A DNA stretch of 64,000 bases from Flavobacteriales bacterium. Its GTDB lineage: Bacteria; Bacteroidota; Bacteroidia; Flavobacteriales_F; PHOS-HE28. The position numbers and the translations under genes were made by a program. The notes beneath the pieces were generated by a model that searched no databases, was not told where the DNA came from, and worked only from the letters and a program-made list of their open reading frames with translations. The first letter of the stretch is position 1, and every line of letters starts with the position of its first letter. The stretch is from NCBI GenBank assembly GCA_044507815.1, contig JBIQIX010000010.1, positions 68,431 through 132,430 on the forward strand. Reading direction: 5' to 3'. This document shows, one piece after another, positions 1 to 9,436 of the stretch.

Positions 1-145
1 GTTGGTGGTGGCAGCGCTAACCATGCTCGGCCTCGCACTTGCCAGCCTGTGGAGGGCGCCTGCCAAAAGTTGACCGGCGTACAACCCATGGGCGAACCGC
101 TACGTCCTTGGAACGCAAGCTGTTGTATACTCGTGCTCCGTACCC

Positions 146-1240
146 ATGCGCTTCCGTTCGGTAATGATCGCCCTGGCCGGCCTGGTGGCTGCGCTGGCTA
201 GCTGCCGCAAGGACCCGCCCTTGGCGCCTGTGGTGCAGGGCGCGGCGGGCCCGGGCATTTCATTGGACCTTGACGCGCTGCCCTTCCCGAAACTTTCGGA
301 CTACGGTTTCTTCACCGGGCGCTTGGCCGATATGCAGCCCGCACCCGGTGTACTGCCCTACCGGCCGATCACCCCGGCATTCGGCGATTACGCGGAAAAG
401 TTCCGCTTTGTGTGGATGCCCGCCGGCCAGGAGGCCCGGTACGTATCGGATGACCAGGCCTTGGACTTTCCCGAGGGTGCGATATTGATCAAGGCCGCAT
501 ACTACCCACGCGTGCTCCCCAATTTGGAGCGAATGCTGCTCGACACGCGCCTGATGATCCGCAAGGGCGGCACCTGGATATTCGCGGAGTACAGATGGAA
601 TGAAGAACAGACCGATGCCGAATTGGACATGGAGGGAAGCAATGTGCCCTTGACCTGGGTGGATGATGCGGGCCAAGGCCACGACGAGATCTTCCGGATA
701 CCTTCCGCCGGGGAATGTTTGTCCTGCCATAAACACTACAACGAACCCACGGTGATCGGCCCCAAGCCGCAGAACCTCGATATCCAATACCCCTATTCCG
801 GGGGTAGCATGAACCAGCTGGCCAAGTGGACCGCCGAAGGTTATTTGGCCATGGGCTACCCTTCCGGCATTGACCGTGTGGCCCGCTGGGACGACCCGGA
901 CGAAACGCTGGAAAGGCGTGTACGGGCCTACTTGGACATGAATTGCGCCCATTGCCATTACGATGGCGGCTTCTGCAGCTACCGGCCCATGCGATTCGCC
1001 TGGCACCAGACCACGGACCCCGCCAACCTGGGGATCTGCATACCGCCCGAGGACCCGTTCGCCCCGGGGGTGAATTACATCGTGAACGCCGGCAACCCGC
1101 TCCGCTCCATGCTTTACTACCGCCTCAGCTCCACCGAGGAGGCCGAGCGCATGCCCTTGTTCGAACGTACCGTCCGCCACGAGGAAGCCATCCAGCTGGT
1201 GGGCGATTGGATCAATTCCCTTGCACCAAACTGCCCCTGA
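146..1240 (+). CDS. putative lipoprotein with two CxxCH heme-binding motifs (c-type cytochrome-like)
   Basis: 364-aa ORF with an N-terminal signal peptide and lipobox-like LASC. CLSCH and CAHCH motifs are seen in the translation. Family not recognised beyond that. Confidence 0.5.
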   Translation: MRFRSVMIALAGLVAALASCRKDPPLAPVVQGAAGPGISLDLDALPFPKLSDYGFFTGRLADMQPAPGVLPYRPITPAFGDYAEKFRFVWMPAGQEARYVSDDQALDFPEGAILIKAAYYPRVLPNLERMLLDTRLMIRKGGTWIFAEYRWNEEQTDAELDMEGSNVPLTWVDDAGQGHDEIFRIPSAGECLSCHKHYNEPTVIGPKPQNLDIQYPYSGGSMNQLAKWTAEGYLAMGYPSGIDRVARWDDPDETLERRVRAYLDMNCAHCHYDGGFCSYRPMRFAWHQTTDPANLGICIPPEDPFAPGVNYIVNAGNPLRSMLYYRLSSTEEAERMPLFERTVRHEEAIQLVGDWINSLAPNCP

Positions 1241-1256
1241 CCACAAATCCATTCAA

Positions 1257-3263
1257 ATGAAGAACACGCTACCCTTGATCGCATGCGCACTGCTGGCCTC
1301 GCCGGCGGCCGCGCAGGGCACATGCGCCACCGCCGTTCCCGTGGTGCCCGCCACCTATTACGTGTCACAGATCAACGGCAGCGAGGCCCCCGCCCCGCTT
1401 TGCACCGGCGGCTCGGCGGCCACCATGGGCCGATGGTACGCCTACACGGCAACATTGGACACCTCCATTACCGTGACCACCGACCTGGTGCAAAATGGCT
1501 CCATGGACACCCGGCTGCATGTTTACAGCGGCACCTGCGGCAACCTTACTTGCGTGACCGGGGCGGACGACAACGGGCTTAGCTATCCCTACCTCTCCGC
1601 GGTCACGTTCACCGTGCAGGCCGGCAATACCTATTACATCGCCTTCGACAACCGCTGGAACGCCAACGGCTTCACCTTCGTCCTGCAATACTCCGCCCCG
1701 CCCGCACCGGTCAATGGATTCATACCCCAGTATGTCACCACCAACGGCATGGCCTACTGCGTGGTGGACATGAACGGCGATGGGCTGGATGATGCCGTGT
1801 CGGTCACTTCCACTACCATCAACATCAACTACCAAAAGGCCGTTGGCGGCTTCGACAACCAAACGCACACCACCACCATGGCAGATTACTTGCCCTCGTG
1901 GAGCCTTTGTGCCGGAGACCTCGATGGCAACGGCTACAACGACCTGGTGTACGCGGGAAGCGGGCTCACCTTCATGATGGCCAACGACAACGGCACCGGC
2001 TACATCGAGGTATCGCAACCCGAATACATCTTCTGCCAGCGGTCGAACATGGTGGACATCAACAACGATGGCCTGCTGGATGTGTTCAGTTGCCACGACG
2101 TGGCCCCCAACGTGTATTACCTTAACAACGGCGATGGCACCTGGGCGTGGCACCAAGGCGGGTTGGGTGATCAATTCGACGGTGGCAACTACGGCTCCAT
2201 TTGGATCGATTACAACAACGACGGGCTGATCGACCTCTTCATTGCCAAATGCCGGGGGGCGGGCGCACCGGCCAGCATCGATGAGCTTTGGCGGAACAAT
2301 GGCGATGGCACCTTCACCAACGTGGCCACCACCTCCAACTTCCTGGCCGATTACCACCAAAGCTGGTCGTCCGCCTGGGCCGATTTCGACAACGATGGCG
2401 ACCTGGATGTCCTGATCGGGGCCAGTTCCTTCAGTGGCGGCGGCCACAAGCTATTGCGCAACGACGGCAACACATTCACGAATGTGACCGCGGGATCAGG
2501 CTTCGACCTGTTCAACGGCACCAGCATCGAATTCATCGCACGTGATTTTGACAACGACGGTTATGTGGACGTGCTGGGCGGTGGCGCCCTGATGGTGAAC
2601 AATGGCGACATGACCTTCTCCATGGCCAACGTACCGTTTGACAATGGCCCCACGGGTGACCTGAACAACGACGGCTTCGTTGACGTGCAGAACGGCAACA
2701 CCGTTTACATGAACGCGGGCAACAGCAACAATTGGATCAAGGTGATCACACAGGGAACAGTGAGCAACCGCAGCGGTATAGGGGCACGGGTGGAGATCAC
2801 CACCCCCAGCGGCAAGCAGATCCGCGACATTGTAAGCGGCGACGGCTTCCGGTACATGAGCACCCTTACCGCCATGTTCGGCATCGGTGCCGATACCGGG
2901 GTATCGCTCATTACCGTGCGTTGGCCGTCCGGGATCGTGAACAACGTGTTCAACCCCGCCATCAACAGCACCATCACCGTGGTGGAAGACCCCACCCAGA
3001 ACGTGGCCACCTCCGTACCATCGGCCCCCGCGCCGCAATTGGGCCTTTACCCTTCGCCCGCACGCCAAACCCTTTCAGTGGAACTGCCTTCCGGCTTCGC
3101 CGTGCAGCGCATCGCCATACTCGACCTCGCCGGCAAAACCGTGCTGTTGCCCACCCTGGTGCACCATGCATTGGACATTTCCGCCCTTGCGGAGGGCATG
3201 TACCTGGTGCAGGTGGAAGGCAGCGGCAGCGTGCTTACCGGCCGCTTTGTGAAAGCTGATTGA
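1257..3263 (+). CDS. FG-GAP/VCBS-repeat (CRTAC1/ASPIC-UnbV-like) secreted protein with T9SS C-terminal sorting domain
   Basis: Start moved to the internal MKNTLPLIACALLASPAAAQG signal peptide. Contains repeated DxNGDGxxD calcium-binding-like FG-GAP motifs and a CRGAG motif. The C-terminal ~80 aa (LYPSPARQTLSVEL...YLVQV) is typical of a Por/T9SS sorting domain. Confidence 0.7.
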   Translation: MKNTLPLIACALLASPAAAQGTCATAVPVVPATYYVSQINGSEAPAPLCTGGSAATMGRWYAYTATLDTSITVTTDLVQNGSMDTRLHVYSGTCGNLTCVTGADDNGLSYPYLSAVTFTVQAGNTYYIAFDNRWNANGFTFVLQYSAPPAPVNGFIPQYVTTNGMAYCVVDMNGDGLDDAVSVTSTTININYQKAVGGFDNQTHTTTMADYLPSWSLCAGDLDGNGYNDLVYAGSGLTFMMANDNGTGYIEVSQPEYIFCQRSNMVDINNDGLLDVFSCHDVAPNVYYLNNGDGTWAWHQGGLGDQFDGGNYGSIWIDYNNDGLIDLFIAKCRGAGAPASIDELWRNNGDGTFTNVATTSNFLADYHQSWSSAWADFDNDGDLDVLIGASSFSGGGHKLLRNDGNTFTNVTAGSGFDLFNGTSIEFIARDFDNDGYVDVLGGGALMVNNGDMTFSMANVPFDNGPTGDLNNDGFVDVQNGNTVYMNAGNSNNWIKVITQGTVSNRSGIGARVEITTPSGKQIRDIVSGDGFRYMSTLTAMFGIGADTGVSLITVRWPSGIVNNVFNPAINSTITVVEDPTQNVATSVPSAPAPQLGLYPSPARQTLSVELPSGFAVQRIAILDLAGKTVLLPTLVHHALDISALAEGMYLVQVEGSGSVLTGRFVKAD

Positions 3264-3300
3264 ACGGCCATGCCGCGGCACGGGGCTTACCTTGTGCGGG

Positions 3301-3813
3301 ATGAGCCGGGGATTTGTGCGCGAGGATGACCAGGAGGAACCTGTCCTGGTTCCACCGCGGGCACCCTTGCCGGCCGGTTTCGCGAACTTGGTGACACCGC
3401 GTGGCCATGCCCAGTTGCTGGCGGAAAAAGCGGCCTTGGAAAACAGACGGAACGGGTTGGACCTGCCCGAGGGCGCTGCAAGGCGGCGGGAAATGGCCGA
3501 GATAAACGGGCGCCTGGCCCTGCTCGAGGAACGCATTGCCAGTGCCCGCTTGGTAGAACCCGATGGCCCGGCCGTGGATGTGCGTTTCGGCACCACGGTA
3601 ACCTTCCGCATAACGGCCGGGCCGCAACAAGGCAGCGAGCGGACCTTCACCCTGGTAGGGGTTGACGAGGCAAAAGTGGCCGAGGGGCGCATGGCCTACA
3701 CCGCGCCGGTGGCCCAAGCCCTGATGGGCAAAAAACCCGGCGCCAACGCTTCCTTCAAGCTGGGCGACCAGGTGCAACAACTGCAAGTGGTTGCGGTGGT
3801 TCAAAACATATAG
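3301..3813 (+). CDS. GreA/GreB-family transcription elongation factor-like protein
   Basis: Coiled N-terminal region plus a C-terminal GreA-like domain (VRFGTTVTFRI...). Start chosen at the internal MSRGF. Confidence 0.6.
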   Translation: MSRGFVREDDQEEPVLVPPRAPLPAGFANLVTPRGHAQLLAEKAALENRRNGLDLPEGAARRREMAEINGRLALLEERIASARLVEPDGPAVDVRFGTTVTFRITAGPQQGSERTFTLVGVDEAKVAEGRMAYTAPVAQALMGKKPGANASFKLGDQVQQLQVVAVVQNI

Positions 3814-3888
3814 GCCATTTTTGCGAACCTGCTGGCAATGCCGGTTGTTGCATACGACAGTGCCGCAGGAATAAAATTTATTCGCGCC

Positions 3889-6015
3889 ATGGTCCATCAA
3901 TACGTTCTTTCCCTCATCCGCCGTTTAACCCCCGTGGCCGTTGCAGTCCTGCTCGGCACCGGCCTGCATGCCCAAGATGGTTGTGGCGTGCAAGCCCCCG
4001 GCATGGACCTCGACTATGGGCCCGTTTGCCTTGTGAACGGGCAGGCCCTGCTGATGGGGACCCCCGTGCCGAACGGTACGGTGCCGCACGACTTCCAGAC
4101 CGTTTTCCTGCTAAGCCGCGGCAACAGCCTGCTGATCGACCAGATCGGGCCATCGCCCACTTTCAGCGTTTCCTCCCCCGATGTTTGGCGCATCCATCCG
4201 TTGGTATTCGACCCGGCCACCTACGACCCGGGCAACATAGCCTTCGGCGTTGAAACCGTTTATGGCCTGCGCGACCAGCTTGCTGCCCCCGGCGCACCGT
4301 GCGCTGGTGTGGCACTGAGCGTGCCGGGTGCGAAAACGGTGGAATGCGATCAACCCTGCTTGGCCGTGGCACCCGGGCTCGGCATGGATTCCACGTTGAT
4401 CTGCCTGGGCAAGGGGCAGGCCGTGCTCACTGCCACCACCACTACTCCCGGTGTGGTGCCGGCCGGTTTTGAATTGCGCTACCTGCTCAGCCGCAGCAAC
4501 GGGCTCATCATCGACCAAGTATCGGCAACACCCGATTTCACTGTCAGCAGCGCCGAGATCTGGCGGATCCACACCTTCGTGTATGATCCCGCAACGTTCA
4601 ATCTGTCCAGCATCGTGCCGGGGGTATCCAGCGTTTACGACATCTATCCACAAACCCTGGCTGCCGGCGGGACCTTGTGCGCACAAGTGCTCATGCATGC
4701 ACCCTTCGTGAAAACGGGCGAATGCAAACCGGCCTGCACCGCTTCGGCAGGAGGGCTTACGATCGGGCAGCCCGACCTGTGCCTTACCGGGGGCAATGCA
4801 ACCGCCCATGCGATACCCGACGGCAACGCCACCGTGCCCGCCGGCTTCCATACAATGTACCTGTTGACCGCAGCGGCAAGCCCCAATATCGTGCTGGCCA
4901 CTGCTGGATCGCCTGCTTTCACCGTGACCCACACGGGCCAATACCGGATCAACACCTTCATATTCGACCCGGGCACTTTCGATCCCGCCACCATTGTACC
5001 GGGCACCACCACACTGGTTGCATTGAACGCACAGTTGATCGCGGGTGGTGGCCCACTGTGCGGCGCGCTTGACCTGGTGGGCGCCCTGTTCCAAGTAGCG
5101 CAATGCGGCGCGCCCTGCGAGGCCGATGCCGGCGCCATGTTGCCCGAAGCCACCCCGGTTTGCCTGGGTGATTCCGGCGCCACCATTGCCGCGGTATCCT
5201 TTGGTGACACCCTGGTGCCGACCGGATACCAGCTGGCATACCTGCTCTCCGGCAATGGTGCGGACCTGCTCGCGCACGGCACCACGCCAGTTTTCCAGGT
5301 GGACACGGCCGGAAACTTCGGCATCCATGCCCTGGTGTACGACCCGGCCACCTTGGACCTGGCTGCGCTGCCCTGGGGCAGCATCGGCATATTGGATTTG
5401 AATGCCATGCTGGTGCAAGGTGGCGGCACGATCTGTGCGGGGCTTGATGTGCTGGGTGCGCAGGTGGCCGTGGAGGATTGCGGGTTGGCATGCGGTGCAG
5501 GCGAAAATGCCGAGATCACGGTATGCTTGAACGCGCCTATTTTCCAGCTCTTCGATTCATTGGGCGGGAACCCCTGCCCCGGCGGCACGTGGAGCACCCC
5601 CACCGCGCAAGTAATGAACGGCGAATTCAACCCGGCCACCAACGCTGCCGGCCTCTATTTCTACACCATCACCTCCCCCACCGGGCAAACCAGCACGGCC
5701 ATTCTTACCGTGCACGTGATCGACTGTGCAGGACCGGAATACCAAGCCGACCTGATGCCCGGGACGGATCGGCAAGAAAGCCCGCTGCAGGTGTGGCCGA
5801 ACCCCGCTGAACGTTACCTGCGTGTGGCCCTGCCTTTCGTGCCCAACGGGGCGGTACACGTGGAATTGTATGATGGCAAGGGCCGCAAGGCACCGGTGAA
5901 GCTGGTGGAAACCGGGGAAGAGCTGCTCTTGGACCTGGGCACACCGGCCCCGGGGATTTGGACCTTGCGCGTGGCCAGCGAAAATCGGGTGTACGGCACA
6001 CGCTTCATGCGCTGA
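3889..6015 (+). CDS. secreted repeat protein (four ~113-aa tandem domain repeats) with T9SS C-terminal sorting domain
   Basis: Signal peptide MVHQYVLSLIRRLTPVAVAVLLGTGLHAQ. Four internal repeats each carry VPxGFxxxYLLS...WRIHxxVYDPAT...AGGxxC. C-terminal VWPNPAERYLRV...WTLRV T9SS-type domain. Confidence 0.65.
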   Translation: MVHQYVLSLIRRLTPVAVAVLLGTGLHAQDGCGVQAPGMDLDYGPVCLVNGQALLMGTPVPNGTVPHDFQTVFLLSRGNSLLIDQIGPSPTFSVSSPDVWRIHPLVFDPATYDPGNIAFGVETVYGLRDQLAAPGAPCAGVALSVPGAKTVECDQPCLAVAPGLGMDSTLICLGKGQAVLTATTTTPGVVPAGFELRYLLSRSNGLIIDQVSATPDFTVSSAEIWRIHTFVYDPATFNLSSIVPGVSSVYDIYPQTLAAGGTLCAQVLMHAPFVKTGECKPACTASAGGLTIGQPDLCLTGGNATAHAIPDGNATVPAGFHTMYLLTAAASPNIVLATAGSPAFTVTHTGQYRINTFIFDPGTFDPATIVPGTTTLVALNAQLIAGGGPLCGALDLVGALFQVAQCGAPCEADAGAMLPEATPVCLGDSGATIAAVSFGDTLVPTGYQLAYLLSGNGADLLAHGTTPVFQVDTAGNFGIHALVYDPATLDLAALPWGSIGILDLNAMLVQGGGTICAGLDVLGAQVAVEDCGLACGAGENAEITVCLNAPIFQLFDSLGGNPCPGGTWSTPTAQVMNGEFNPATNAAGLYFYTITSPTGQTSTAILTVHVIDCAGPEYQADLMPGTDRQESPLQVWPNPAERYLRVALPFVPNGAVHVELYDGKGRKAPVKLVETGEELLLDLGTPAPGIWTLRVASENRVYGTRFMR

Positions 6016-6052
6016 GGCATCCGCCGCAAGGGAAAAGCACATACCTTTGTGC

Positions 6053-6151
6053 GGGGCAAGTCTCGTACGTCCAGCTCCTGCTGAATCCCCCAGGGCCGGA
6101 AGGCAGCAAGGGTAGGCGGTTGTAGCGGAGCGATGCGAGGAGCTTGCCCCA
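6053..6151 (+). ncRNA. ffs: signal recognition particle RNA (4.5S / SRP RNA, small bacterial type)
   Basis: 5' GGGGCAAG pairs with 3' CTTGCCCC. The internal CCAGGGCCGGAAGGCAGCAAGGGUAGG matches the conserved SRP domain IV consensus (CCAGGUCAGGUCCGGAAGGAAGCAGCCAAGGCAG in E. coli). A T-tract terminator (ACTTTTTTT) follows, and the locus lies in an intergenic gap. Confidence 0.8.
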
Positions 6152-6159
6152 CTTTTTTT
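6152..6159 (+). terminator. T-tract following the SRP RNA closing helix
   Basis: CTTTTTTT immediately 3' of the terminal helix of ffs. Confidence 0.5.
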
Positions 6160-6169
6160 ACCCCCTGCC

Positions 6170-6973
6170 ATGTCCACCGCTTCCAAGGTCGTTCTGGTAA
6201 CAGGCGGTTCCAGTGGGATCGGCCAGGCCATTTGCGTTCGGTTGGCAAAGACCGGCCACACCGTTTTCGGAACATCCCGGTCGCCGGGCCAGCAACCCCA
6301 TGGCTACACCATGTTGGCCATGGACCTGGGTGATGAAGCATCCGTGCAGGCAGCGGTGGGGTCGGTGTTGGCTACGGCCGGCCGGATCGATGTTGTGGTG
6401 AACAATGCCGGCCTGGGGATACAAGGGGCCACCGAGGACCTTTCCGCTGCACAGGCCGCTGCACTGCTGGACACCAATGTGCTGGGCGCGCACCGTGTTT
6501 GCCGGGCCGTGCTGCCCCACATGCGCGCACAAGGCCGGGGGCTCATCATCAACCTTACCAGCCTTGCGGCCAACTTCGGCCTGCCCTACCGTGGTTTCTA
6601 CAGCGCCAGCAAGGCCGCGCTGGAGCGCTATACCGAAACCCTGGCCATGGAAATCAGGCCGTTCGGGGTGCATGCGGTAACGCTACAGCCCGGCGAATAC
6701 AAAACGAACATCGGTGCGGCGCGCATCCGGCCGGAGCAGGCCAGCGAGCCCTACCGAAAAGGGTACGATCGCGCCATGGAATTGCTGGGCGGCAGCTTGC
6801 ATTACAGCCGCGACCCCGATGAGGTGGCCGTGCTGGTGCTGAAGATCATGGCCATGCGCAACCCGGTTGGCGTGTATTACGCGGCACATGGAAAACAAAG
6901 GCTGGCCGTATTGCTGAAAAAGATATTGCCGGCAGGGGTTTTTCAGCGGCTGATGCTGAAGGAATACCGGTAG
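6170..6973 (+). CDS. SDR-family short-chain dehydrogenase/reductase
   Basis: VVLVTGGSSGIGQAI (TGxxxGxG) and YSASKAALE (YxxxK) motifs. Confidence 0.85.
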   Translation: MSTASKVVLVTGGSSGIGQAICVRLAKTGHTVFGTSRSPGQQPHGYTMLAMDLGDEASVQAAVGSVLATAGRIDVVVNNAGLGIQGATEDLSAAQAAALLDTNVLGAHRVCRAVLPHMRAQGRGLIINLTSLAANFGLPYRGFYSASKAALERYTETLAMEIRPFGVHAVTLQPGEYKTNIGAARIRPEQASEPYRKGYDRAMELLGGSLHYSRDPDEVAVLVLKIMAMRNPVGVYYAAHGKQRLAVLLKKILPAGVFQRLMLKEYR

Positions 6974-7045
6974 GCTCCTTGTGAAAAGGATCGAACAGGA
7001 CACCTTCCGTTTTTCGGGCATGTAACTTCAACGGTCAAATACCAA

Positions 7046-8701
7046 TTGGCCATGCGAAACTTTACACTCCTGCTGTTCACCGCCTGCCTGCCTGCCTTGT
7101 CCGTGGGGCAATGGACCACCGATCTTTCAGCGAATACACCGGTGCGCACCGCAAGCAGCGGCGAGATCGCCGTTCCCATGATCGCAGAGGCCCCCGATGG
7201 CGGCAGTTACATCGCTTGGTTCGAGAATGGAACGGGTTCGTACCAATTGCGCCTGCAGCTGCTGGATGCCGGGGGCAACGCGTTGTGGGAACCGGATGGC
7301 CTGTTGGTCAGTGATTTCCCGCAAAACAGCGCGCTTTTCCGCAGCGACCTGAAAAGCGATGGCAACGGCAATGCGATCATCGCCTTCCAGGATGAACGCA
7401 CCGGCACATTGGACGTGGTGGCCTACATGGTGGCCCCCGATGGCTCGCTGCCGTGGGGTGTGGATGGCGTGGAGCTGCCAACGCCTGGCGGCACCGGCAT
7501 TGGCCCGAGCATAGCGCCGCTTTCCAATGGCAACACGGTGATCGCCTGGAGCACCGATCAAACACCCGGGCGCGTGGCCTTCCAGATCCTTTCCCCCGTG
7601 GGCACGCCGTTGCTGCCGGCCGCTGAAACCTTATCGGCCGATACCCGCCTATCGCGGCCGGTGCCCGTGGCCACCGACGATGGCGGCTTCCTGCTGCAAT
7701 ATGCCCTCGAGGGCAGCAGCTTTCTCGCACCCGCCACCATGCTCGTGCAACGCTTCAACCAGGATGGGAACGCCGTGTGGGCCGGGCCGGTGACCGTATC
7801 GACCAAAACGATCTCGGGCTTCTACTTTCCGGCGCCGGCCAGCGACGGCCACAATGGGCTGTACGTTGCCTTCAATACCGGCAACCCCAACAACGCGAGC
7901 CTTACCGATGTATACCTGCAACGCGTGCGGGAGGATGGCAGCCTGTGGTCCTCCGCCGGCACACGCCTCGATGCATCGAACACAACACAGAAGTTCACCG
8001 CGGGCAAAGGCTTCGCGCTTACGACCGATGCCGGCGGGCTGATGGTGCCGTTGCAGGTCACCGACATGGCACAGGGCCAAAGCGGGTTGTCCATGCAACG
8101 CGTGGATACGGCCGGGAATACCATTTGGGGCACGGACGCACAAACGGTGATCGCCCCCAGCGCGGCCTATACCAGCCCTTGGGACATTGCCGGGTTGGCC
8201 AACGGGGCAGTGGTGGTGCATGCCACGGGCGGCTTCGGCAACCAGCAGCTCCAGGCCACACGGATCGGCCTGGACGGCATTGCGCTCCAGCCCTTACTGA
8301 TCGGGGTGAGTACCGCCGCAAGCGGCAAGGATGATGTGGCCATGACCGCTGTGCGCAGCGGCCAAAGCGTGGTGGCCTGGAAGGATGATCGCACACCAAC
8401 GGGGGTCTATGCCCAGAACCTGGCCTCCTTGGATATCAGCATCGGCATTGCAGGAGCTGCGGTGAACCATGGAATGTCCCTGGAACAAAACCCCGCCCAG
8501 GCACCGGTGCTATTGGGCGATGGCCATTCAGGGGAATTGCAGGTCACAGTGTTCGCGGCGGATGGACGGTCGGTGTACAGCGGAACCGTGCCGGCACACA
8601 CCCGGCGCATGGAATTCCCGCTGCAAACCCTGCCGCAGGGTACCTACCTTCTGCGGCTTGCGGGCCCGGACGGCCAAACCCTGCTGCGCTGGGTGAAGTG
8701 A
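7046..8701 (+). CDS. secreted hypothetical protein with T9SS C-terminal sorting domain
   Basis: Signal peptide, beta-rich body, and a C-terminal LEQNPAQAPVLL...TYLLRLAGPDGQTLLRWVK T9SS-type domain. Confidence 0.6.
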   Translation: MAMRNFTLLLFTACLPALSVGQWTTDLSANTPVRTASSGEIAVPMIAEAPDGGSYIAWFENGTGSYQLRLQLLDAGGNALWEPDGLLVSDFPQNSALFRSDLKSDGNGNAIIAFQDERTGTLDVVAYMVAPDGSLPWGVDGVELPTPGGTGIGPSIAPLSNGNTVIAWSTDQTPGRVAFQILSPVGTPLLPAAETLSADTRLSRPVPVATDDGGFLLQYALEGSSFLAPATMLVQRFNQDGNAVWAGPVTVSTKTISGFYFPAPASDGHNGLYVAFNTGNPNNASLTDVYLQRVREDGSLWSSAGTRLDASNTTQKFTAGKGFALTTDAGGLMVPLQVTDMAQGQSGLSMQRVDTAGNTIWGTDAQTVIAPSAAYTSPWDIAGLANGAVVVHATGGFGNQQLQATRIGLDGIALQPLLIGVSTAASGKDDVAMTAVRSGQSVVAWKDDRTPTGVYAQNLASLDISIGIAGAAVNHGMSLEQNPAQAPVLLGDGHSGELQVTVFAADGRSVYSGTVPAHTRRMEFPLQTLPQGTYLLRLAGPDGQTLLRWVK

Positions 8702-8770
8702 CCGGTGTGCCGGCATGAACGCATCGGTACCTTCCGCGGCGCGGAATAGGGCACCGCTTACCTTTGAGGC

Positions 8771-9436
8771 ATGAAATTCTTTATTGATACCGCCAGCCTG
8801 TCCCAAATACGCGAAGCCCAGGAACTGGGCATTTTGGACGGTGTTACCACCAACCCCTCATTGATGGCCAAGGAAGGCATTACGGGGGTGGACCGGGTGA
8901 TGAAGCATTATGTGGCCATTTGTGAATTGGTGGATGGCGACGTGAGCGCTGAAGTGATCGCCACGGAATACAACAAAATGGTGCGTGAGGGCGAAAACCT
9001 GGCGGCCCTGCATCCGCAGATCACGGTGAAGTTGCCCATGACCCGTGACGGCATCCGGGCCATCCGGCATTTTTCCGGGAAGGGGATCAAGACCAACTGC
9101 ACCTTGGTGTTCAGTGCGGGCCAGGCCCTGTTGGCGGCCAAGGCGGGTGCCACATACGTATCGCCATTTGTGGGGCGCTTGGATGACGTGAGCACCGACG
9201 GGCTGCAACTGATTGAGCAGATCCGCACCATCTACGACAACTACGAATACGACACGGAGATCCTGGCCGCCAGCATCCGGCACCCCATGCACATCGTGCA
9301 ATGCGCGGAGATCGGTGCCGATGTGGCCACCTGTCCGCTTAGCGCGATCACCGCCCTGTTCAACCACCCCCTCACCGACATCGGTCTGGAGAAATTCCTG
9401 GCCGACCATAAAAAGGCCGCCAGTGCCGCCAAGTAG
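8771..9436 (+). CDS. fsa: fructose-6-phosphate aldolase / transaldolase-family protein
   Basis: MKFFIDTASLSQIREAQELGILDGVTTNPSL is a classic short transaldolase/FSA N-terminus. 221 aa. Confidence 0.85.
   Translation: MKFFIDTASLSQIREAQELGILDGVTTNPSLMAKEGITGVDRVMKHYVAICELVDGDVSAEVIATEYNKMVREGENLAALHPQITVKLPMTRDGIRAIRHFSGKGIKTNCTLVFSAGQALLAAKAGATYVSPFVGRLDDVSTDGLQLIEQIRTIYDNYEYDTEILAASIRHPMHIVQCAEIGADVATCPLSAITALFNHPLTDIGLEKFLADHKKAASAAK

Noticed and set aside
146-1240. Calling the first gene a bona fide cytochrome c
   Set aside because: Only two CxxCH motifs are visible and there is no recognisable cytochrome c fold signature from sequence alone. It is reported as c-type-cytochrome-like only.
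260-5418. Long antisense or alternative-frame ORFs (e.g. 260..1252 -, 1365..2447 -, 4111..5418 -, 4644..5642 -)
   Set aside because: They overlap confidently assigned genes on the opposite strand. They are Ala/Arg/Gly/Pro-rich, as expected from GC-rich antisense frames, and carry no motifs.
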